A stretch of 64,000 nucleotides of DNA, taken from assembly GCA_036504355.1 (NCBI GenBank), contig DASXVG010000141.1:5650-69649 (forward strand). Direction: 5' to 3'. This DNA is from Candidatus Limnocylindrales bacterium. Lineage in GTDB: Bacteria > Chloroflexota > Limnocylindria > Limnocylindrales > CSP1-4. The translations under genes were made by a program, and so were the position numbers. Below the pieces are notes generated by a model that ran no database searches, was not told the origin of the DNA, and was given only the letters and a program-made list of their open reading frames with translations. Shown piece after piece: positions 56,801 through 64,000 of the stretch. Positions within the stretch are counted from its first letter, which is position 1, and every line of letters starts with the position of its first letter.

Positions 56801-57280
56801 ATGACCCGCCTGATCCCGCGCGCGCTGGCCCTGGGCGTCATCGCGACCCTGCTCGCCATCGGCGCCGCCAGCGCCACCCCCGGTGCAGGCGCGTCGCCCT
56901 CGACGCTCGGCCGGGGGACGGTGGCCGCCGGCGACAAGATCAAGACCGACCAGCTCAAGCTCGAGGTGCGTGACGACCTCGACGTCGTCACCCAGACGAT
57001 CACGATCACGCCGGGCGGCCATACCGGCTGGCACAGCCACCCGGGACCGGTGTTCGTCACCATCAAGGCGGGCACGATGACGTTCTACGACGGCGACGAT
57101 CCCACCTGCACGCCGGTCCAGTACGCGACCGGCGACGCGTTCATCGACGCGGGCCTGGGCCATGTGCACATCGCCCGCAACGAGGGCACGACCAACCTCG
57201 TGTTGTACGCGACCTACCTGCTGCCTGTGGGTGCGCCCCTCCGCACGGACGAGCCCGCTCCCGGCAACTGCCCGTTCTAA
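56801..57280 (+). CDS. Secreted cupin domain protein
   Basis: GGAGAGG RBS; signal peptide; GWHSHPGP and HVHIARN cupin motifs; two Cys. Confidence 0.88.
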   Translation: MTRLIPRALALGVIATLLAIGAASATPGAGASPSTLGRGTVAAGDKIKTDQLKLEVRDDLDVVTQTITITPGGHTGWHSHPGPVFVTIKAGTMTFYDGDDPTCTPVQYATGDAFIDAGLGHVHIARNEGTTNLVLYATYLLPVGAPLRTDEPAPGNCPF

Positions 57281-57341
57281 GCGCGAGCCGGTCGATCATG
57301 CGGCGGGTCGGCATCGTGCCACCCGCCGCGGGAACGAGAAG

Positions 57342-57372
57342 AACGCCCCCGGGGCGCGGTTCCGGGGGCGTT
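57342..57372. terminator. Hairpin at the 3' end of tRNA-Glu (a second hairpin lies at 57301-57328)
   Basis: aacgcccccgg...ccgggggcgtt. Confidence 0.6.
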
Positions 57373-57388
57373 CGAGTGGAAGCGATCT

Positions 57389-57465
57389 TGGTACCGCATA
57401 CCGGATTCGAACCGGTGATCTCCGCCTTGAGAGGGCGGTGTCCTGGGCCTCTAGACGAATGCGGC
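57389..57465 (-). tRNA. tRNA-Glu (CTC)
   Basis: GCCGCATTCGTCTAGAGGCCCAGGAC...CCGCC-CT-CTC-AA-GGCGG...GGTTCGAATCC...ACCA. Confidence 0.97.
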
Positions 57466-57548
57466 AGGGGCTGGACGATGCCGTCCGACGGTGGCGGAGG
57501 ATACCAGAGGGGCCGCAAACCCCGCAATCGCGGCGACCCCCGCCGCCG

Positions 57549-58424
57549 CTACAGCCGGTTGGTCTCGAGGAACGCGCGCAGCGTCTCCGCGACCTGGAGG
57601 TAGCTCTGCTCGCCCAGCACCAGGCCATAGTGCGAGTGGGCACCGAACGGCTCGTACGGCGCGTCGAGCCACTCCGCGAGGTGCTCGACCTCGGGCTCTG
57701 GGACATACGCGTCCAGGCCTGCCCCGATGACGAGGCGCGGGACGTCCGGCAGGGCGGAGCGGTCCACGGGCACGCCCTGGAGGACCTGGCGCTTCATCCT
57801 GCCCGACTCGAACGCCTTCTGGCCGAGGAGATGCTGGACGCGCAGGACGTCAGCCAGCGACAGGTCGCGGTGCTCGCGCTGGAGCTTCTCGGGGAGCGTC
57901 TCCCAGCCGAGCGCCGCGCGGCCGTAGGCGTCGGGAATGTCGCGGACGACGTGCGGCCGGACCGTCCCCCGCACCTCCTTGGGCAGCTCGGGCGCGATCA
58001 GCACGTAGGCGGACACGGGGACCCGCTCGATCGCCTTGAGCACGAGCAGCCCGCCCAGGCCGTGGCCTACGGCCACCGTGCCCGGGCCCAGCCGCTCCGC
58101 CGCGGCGACCACGTCCTCGGTGTACGTCCCCACGTCGAGCGTGTCCGGGTCCGCGGTCTGGCTCCAGAAGTGGTTGCGCAGGTTGAGGGCGTGGCCTTCC
58201 CACCCCCGGCCGGCGAAGTGGTGGAGGTACCGCTCCCAGACCCACGACCCGCCGAGCTCGCCATGGACGAACAGGATCGGCTTGCGGCGCGAACGCCGCT
58301 CGGGCAGCCACGACTCGATGTAGAGGCCGCGTTCGGTGATCTCGATCTCGTCCTTGCGGACCGGCCGGCCGTGGAGGGCCGGGGTTCTCGAGAGCAGGCG
58401 GTCGGAGGAGCTGAGATCGGTCAT
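57549..58424 (-). CDS. Alpha/beta hydrolase fold protein (no canonical Ser)
   Basis: LFVHGELGGSWVW, LNLRNH, GHGLGG, GAGLD, HSHYG. Confidence 0.82.
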   Translation of the reverse strand: MTDLSSSDRLLSRTPALHGRPVRKDEIEITERGLYIESWLPERRSRRKPILFVHGELGGSWVWERYLHHFAGRGWEGHALNLRNHFWSQTADPDTLDVGTYTEDVVAAAERLGPGTVAVGHGLGGLLVLKAIERVPVSAYVLIAPELPKEVRGTVRPHVVRDIPDAYGRAALGWETLPEKLQREHRDLSLADVLRVQHLLGQKAFESGRMKRQVLQGVPVDRSALPDVPRLVIGAGLDAYVPEPEVEHLAEWLDAPYEPFGAHSHYGLVLGEQSYLQVAETLRAFLETNRL

Positions 58425-58440
58425 CGGGATGGGCTCCGGC

Positions 58441-59760
<1,320 letters not shown>

Positions 59761-59961
59761 GGAGTCCTCGAGAGACGCGGGTGACGGGCGCGATGCGCCG
59801 GGCGACGCGTGCGGACCTGGGGCACCCGCATCGTACGATAGGCGCCGTCGGACGGCCACTCGTCGAGCGGTCCGCACGCCGCACTGCGGGGGGCACGCGT
59901 GCAACTTTTCGATCCGCCGGCGCGTCGTTGCTCCGACCACCTCGCCGCACCTGGAGCCCGC

Positions 59962-62415
59962 GTGCCCCGTCGCCCGTCACGCACGACCCGCACCGTCCTC
60001 CGCCTCGCCGCGGCCACCCTCGCGCTGCTGGCGCTGCTGCCGGTCGCCGCGACCCCCGTCGCGGCCGAGGGCAGCCTCACGATGACGGCGCGGGCGCTGC
60101 TCCAGGGCCACGTCCGGGCGGGCTCGTGGTTCGCCGTGGCGGTGGACGTCGCCAACGCCGGGCCGACGGTCACGGGCGAGCTCCGGATCACCGGCGGCGC
60201 GGACTCACGGACCCGGTTCGGCACGCCCGCGGAGCTGGCCACGGGCTCCCGCAAGCAGTACCTGCTGTACGCGCTCCCGCCGTCGTTCGGCGGCAACATG
60301 AAGGTCCAGCTCATCGCCGGCGACAGGATCATCGTGGAGGCGCCGGTCGCGATCGCGCTCCATGACCAGACGCAGCTCGTCGTGGGCGTGGTGGCCGAGA
60401 ACCCGGCGAAGATCGTCGGCCAGCTGGACCTCCTCCCCAACCAGAACGCCATCCCGCCGGTCATCGTGCCGCTGACGCCCGCGGACCTGCCGGAACGGAT
60501 CCAGGCCTGGGCCCCGCTCGACCGGCTGATCTGGCAGGACACCGACACGGCGTCGCTCACGACGGCCCAGCTCGCCGCGCTGCGGACATGGATCGCCGGG
60601 GGCGGGCGCCTCGTGATCGTGGGAGGCACGGCGGGCGCGGACATCCTCTCGGCCCTGCCCGACGAGCTGCTCCCCTATCGCCCGAGCGCCATCCTCGACG
60701 TCGACCCGGCCTCGCTCCGCCCCATCCTCGGCGGCGTGCCCGACGGTGCGGCGACGCTCACCGCGTACGCGGGTGACCGAGGCGCGGGGCACGTGCTCGC
60801 GACCTCGGGCGACCGCGTCATCGCGGGCGACCTCACGTTCGGGACCGGGTCCGTGACGCTCCTCGGCTTCGACCCGACGACCGGCTGGATCGCCGACGGC
60901 GACGCCTGGGACGCGCCGCTGTGGAAGAAGCTGCTGCCGCAGCGCTCGACCGGGACCGTGTCCCTCGCGGACGACAACCAGATCGTCGGAGCGGTCTCGA
61001 ACCTGCCGAGCCTCGCGCTGCCGCCGATCACCGGGCTGCTCGTGCTGCTGTTCGGCTACATCGTGCTCGTCGGGCCCGTGAACTACCTCGTCCTGAGCCG
61101 GCTCGACCGGCGCGAGTGGGCGTGGGTCACGGTGCCGGCGCTCATCGGCGTGTTCGCGGTCGGCGCCCTCGGGATCGGGTCGCTGCTCCGCGGCTCGGAC
61201 GTCATCATCCACCAGGTCGCGATCGTCCGCGGCGCCCCGGGTACCGACCAGGCGACCACGCAGGCCTATCTCGGCATCTTCAGCCCCTCGCGCGCGACGT
61301 TCCAGCTCAGGGTCGAGGGCGACGCGCTGCTCGCGTCCCCGATGAACGGCGACATCGTCGGGGGTGGCACGGGGGCCGGCCTCGACGTCCTCGAGGGCGA
61401 TCCGTCGCGCATCCGCGACCTCCAGGTCGGCTTCGGGTCGCTTCGCACCATCCGCGCCGAGGGCAGCGCCACCGGCCCCGTCGTCGATGCCTCCCTCCGG
61501 CTCGAGGGTGGCCGGATCACGGGCACGCTCACCAACCGCTCGCCGCGGACGCTCGAGTCGCCCGCGCTCGTGCTCGGGGGGTCAGCCGTCAAGCTCGACG
61601 ACATCCCGGCGGGCGCCACCGCGGACGTGAGCTTCACGATCGCGCTCAACGCGAACGTGAACGGCGTTCCGCTGTCCGAGCGCGTCGTCGGCCCGATGTC
61701 GTTCGACGGCTCGAGCCTCAGCGAGACCGAGCAGCGCCGCCTCGTGCGTCGCTCGATCATCGACCAGCTGAGCTTCGACCCGTTGACCGGCGCCCAGTGG
61801 GCACTGCCGGGTGACAGCATCCAGCTCCTCACCTGGGGCACCGACGCGGTCCTCCCGGCGGTCATCGAGGGACAGGTCGTCCGCCAGGTGGCCAACGTCC
61901 TGTACGAGGTGCCGCTGCCGTTCACGATCGGCGGTACGACGACGTTCTCCGGCGACCTCCTGCGGAGCAGCGTCGTGGAGACCGACGCGAACTTCTTCGC
62001 GCGCGACCCGTGGTCGATCCAGCTGGGCACGGGGAAGGCACGGATCGCGTGGCGACCGCTGCCCTTCGACGGGTCGTTCGGGGCGTCCAGGGTTGTCGTC
62101 GCCCTGTCCCTCAACGGGGAGACGACGATGCCCGGCGGCAACCCGGTCGCCGCGACCGAGAAGCCGCGCTGCGACCCGGCCACCGAGGGTTGCGTCCTGC
62201 CGCAGGATGCGCTCCCGGATCTCGAGGTCCTCGACGTCGCGACTGGGGCGTGGGTCCAGCTGGCGCACCTGGCCGCGAGCCGCCCCTACGAGCTCTCGGA
62301 CGCCGCACGCTGGGTGAACCCCACGAGCGGCGAGGTCCAGGTCCGGTTCGTCAACGAGCGCCCCGACCCTGTCTACTTCCAGTTCCTCATCTCGATCATG
62401 GGGGCCGTCAGGTGA
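59962..62415 (+). CDS. Large exported/membrane accessory protein of an ABC-2 system
   Basis: Signal peptide, Ig-like and GATase-like stretches, LVGPVNYLVL..LDRREWAWVTVP TM pair, large C-terminal region. Confidence 0.82.
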   Translation: MPRRPSRTTRTVLRLAAATLALLALLPVAATPVAAEGSLTMTARALLQGHVRAGSWFAVAVDVANAGPTVTGELRITGGADSRTRFGTPAELATGSRKQYLLYALPPSFGGNMKVQLIAGDRIIVEAPVAIALHDQTQLVVGVVAENPAKIVGQLDLLPNQNAIPPVIVPLTPADLPERIQAWAPLDRLIWQDTDTASLTTAQLAALRTWIAGGGRLVIVGGTAGADILSALPDELLPYRPSAILDVDPASLRPILGGVPDGAATLTAYAGDRGAGHVLATSGDRVIAGDLTFGTGSVTLLGFDPTTGWIADGDAWDAPLWKKLLPQRSTGTVSLADDNQIVGAVSNLPSLALPPITGLLVLLFGYIVLVGPVNYLVLSRLDRREWAWVTVPALIGVFAVGALGIGSLLRGSDVIIHQVAIVRGAPGTDQATTQAYLGIFSPSRATFQLRVEGDALLASPMNGDIVGGGTGAGLDVLEGDPSRIRDLQVGFGSLRTIRAEGSATGPVVDASLRLEGGRITGTLTNRSPRTLESPALVLGGSAVKLDDIPAGATADVSFTIALNANVNGVPLSERVVGPMSFDGSSLSETEQRRLVRRSIIDQLSFDPLTGAQWALPGDSIQLLTWGTDAVLPAVIEGQVVRQVANVLYEVPLPFTIGGTTTFSGDLLRSSVVETDANFFARDPWSIQLGTGKARIAWRPLPFDGSFGASRVVVALSLNGETTMPGGNPVAATEKPRCDPATEGCVLPQDALPDLEVLDVATGAWVQLAHLAASRPYELSDAARWVNPTSGEVQVRFVNERPDPVYFQFLISIMGAVR

Positions 62416-63407
62416 GCATCGTCAGGGCGACCGGCCTCGTGAAGCGCTACGACCGCACGCTCGCCGTGGGCGGCCTCGACCTGGACGTCGCGGAGGGCGA
62501 GATCTTCGGCCTCGTCGGGCCCAACGGCGCGGGCAAGACGACGACCCTGCGCATCCTGGCGACGCTGCTCGTCCCGGATGCCGGCGACGCCGAGATCGCG
62601 GGCGCCAGCGTGCGCCGGAACCCCAACGACGTGCGACGCGTCCTCGGCTTCATGCCGGACAGCTTCGGCGTCTACGACGACATGAAGGTGTGGGAGTACC
62701 TGGACTTCTTCGCCCGTTGCTACGGGATCCCCGCCGCGCGACGGCGCCGGATGATCGGCGATCTGCTCGACCTCGTGGACCTCGGCTCGAAGCGCGACAC
62801 GTACGTCCAGGGCCTGTCGCGCGGCATGCAGCAGCGGTTGTGCCTCGCCCACACGCTCGTCCATGACCCGCAGGTGCTCCTGCTCGACGAGCCCGCGTCC
62901 GGCCTCGACCCGCGGGCGCGGGTCGAGCTGCGGGAGCTCCTGCGCGAGCTCCGCTCGCTGGGCAAGACGATCCTCGTCTCGTCGCACATCCTCCCCGAGC
63001 TCGAGGAGCTGTGCACCTCGGTGGCGATCATCGACCGCGGCCAGGTTCTTGCCCACGGCCGTGTCGCGGACATCGAGCGACGGCTGCGGGTGGGCGCCGT
63101 GTTCCGGGTGCGGGTGCTCGGCGACGACGACGCGCACGAGACGGCGCGCGCATGGTTCGGGACGCAACCCGAGGTCGTGACGGCCGAGCTGCTCGACGAT
63201 CGCACGATCGAGCTGGGCTTCCACGGCGATGACGACGGGTCGGCTCGGCTGCTCGCGGCTGCGGTCGGCGAAGGCCTCCGGATCGCGACGTTCTCCCGCG
63301 CCGCGAGCGACCTCGAGGAGCTGTTCCTGCAGGTCACCGCGCAGGAACCCACCGCCGTCGCCCAGACCCCGCCGCCCGCCTCGCCCACCGGATGGATCCC
63401 CCTGTGA
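62412..63407 (+). CDS. ABC transporter ATP-binding protein
   Basis: GPNGAGKTT, LSRGMQQR, LLLDEP, SSH. Confidence 0.96.
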   Translation: MSIVRATGLVKRYDRTLAVGGLDLDVAEGEIFGLVGPNGAGKTTTLRILATLLVPDAGDAEIAGASVRRNPNDVRRVLGFMPDSFGVYDDMKVWEYLDFFARCYGIPAARRRRMIGDLLDLVDLGSKRDTYVQGLSRGMQQRLCLAHTLVHDPQVLLLDEPASGLDPRARVELRELLRELRSLGKTILVSSHILPELEELCTSVAIIDRGQVLAHGRVADIERRLRVGAVFRVRVLGDDDAHETARAWFGTQPEVVTAELLDDRTIELGFHGDDDGSARLLAAAVGEGLRIATFSRAASDLEELFLQVTAQEPTAVAQTPPPASPTGWIPL

Positions 63408-64000
63408 CCGCCACGACAGCCCGTTCCCGCCGGCTCGGGGCGATCCGCGACGTCTTCGGCGGCGTGGCCGCGATCTCCGTCAAGGAGCTTCGGGGCCGGA
63501 TGCGCGGCCGTCGTGCATTCGTGATCATCACGATCCACCTGCTGCTCGTGGCCGGGTTCGCGTGGATGGTCGAGACGCTCATGGAGCGCACCTACACGAG
63601 TGGCTTCGGCTCCACGTTCTCGGCCTCGGCGGACATCGGCCGCGCGCTGTTCATCGCGATGCTCATCCTGCTCACCCTGATCGTGCTCGTGCTGGCCCCG
63701 GCGTCGACGGCGGGGGCGATCAGCCTCGAGCGCGAGAAGCAGACGCTCGACCTCCTCGCGACCACGCCGATCTCGTCGCTCGCGATCGTGCTGGGCAAGC
63801 TGCTCTCCGCCCTGAGCTGGATCCTCCTGCTGCTGCTCGCCTCGATCCCGGTCACGGCGCTCGTGTTCACGTTCGGCGGGGTCGGCCCGGACGACATGGT
63901 GAAGGGCTACGTCGTGCTGCTCGTCTCGGCGCTCTTCTTCGGCTCGGTCGGCCTGTTCGTGTCCGCCCTAGTCAAGCGCACCCAGGCCGCCACGGTCATC
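63404..64000 (+). CDS. ABC-2 type permease (partial, runs off the right edge)
   Basis: KELRGRMRGRRAF, AISLEREKQTLDLLATTP, IVLGKL. Confidence 0.92.
   Translation, partial: MTATTARSRRLGAIRDVFGGVAAISVKELRGRMRGRRAFVIITIHLLLVAGFAWMVETLMERTYTSGFGSTFSASADIGRALFIAMLILLTLIVLVLAPASTAGAISLEREKQTLDLLATTPISSLAIVLGKLLSALSWILLLLLASIPVTALVFTFGGVGPDDMVKGYVVLLVSALFFGSVGLFVSALVKRTQAATVI

Noticed and set aside
52700-57465. attL/attR duplication bounding the LuxR module at tRNA-Glu
   Set aside because: No copy of the tRNA 3' sequence was seen near 52.7 kb, so island status is unproven.

Overview
Very GC-rich bacterial chromosomal window. Gene content and style suggest Chloroflexota (Limnocylindria-like) or Actinomycetota, but this is inference only. 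It holds about 65 CDS and three tRNAs (Lys-CTT, Arg-TCT, Glu-CTC), with no rRNA, CRISPR array, integrase or transposase seen. Main content: the start of a membrane-bound [NiFe]-hydrogenase operon (small, large, partial cytochrome b); a dispersed B12-dependent acyl-CoA mutase/butyrate pathway (thiolase, Hbd, MeaB, split mutase, acyl-CoA dehydrogenase); amine and amino-acid catabolism genes; an ECF sigma coupled to an Ogt-Ada(Zn) protein; TPM-PspA; an orphan DNA methyltransferase; DUF1611 plus epimerase; a STAND-LuxR regulator beside TusA/DsrE/cupin genes; and an ABC-2 export module running off the right end. Best leads: (1) the hydrogenase keeps all four Ni-binding Cys but has Asn at five normally conserved catalytic or Fe-S positions; (2) the ECF/Ogt-Ada pair may be an alkylation-sensing switch; (3) a shared 23-bp-spaced promoter motif links the LuxR regulator to both neighbouring transcription units; (4) a stand-alone CarH/AerR-type B12 sensor abuts a mutase with isobutyryl-CoA-mutase residues; (5) a DnaA-box-like cluster lies upstream of an unknown small gene. 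Start codons were chosen by eye and family calls come from motif recognition, not database searches.
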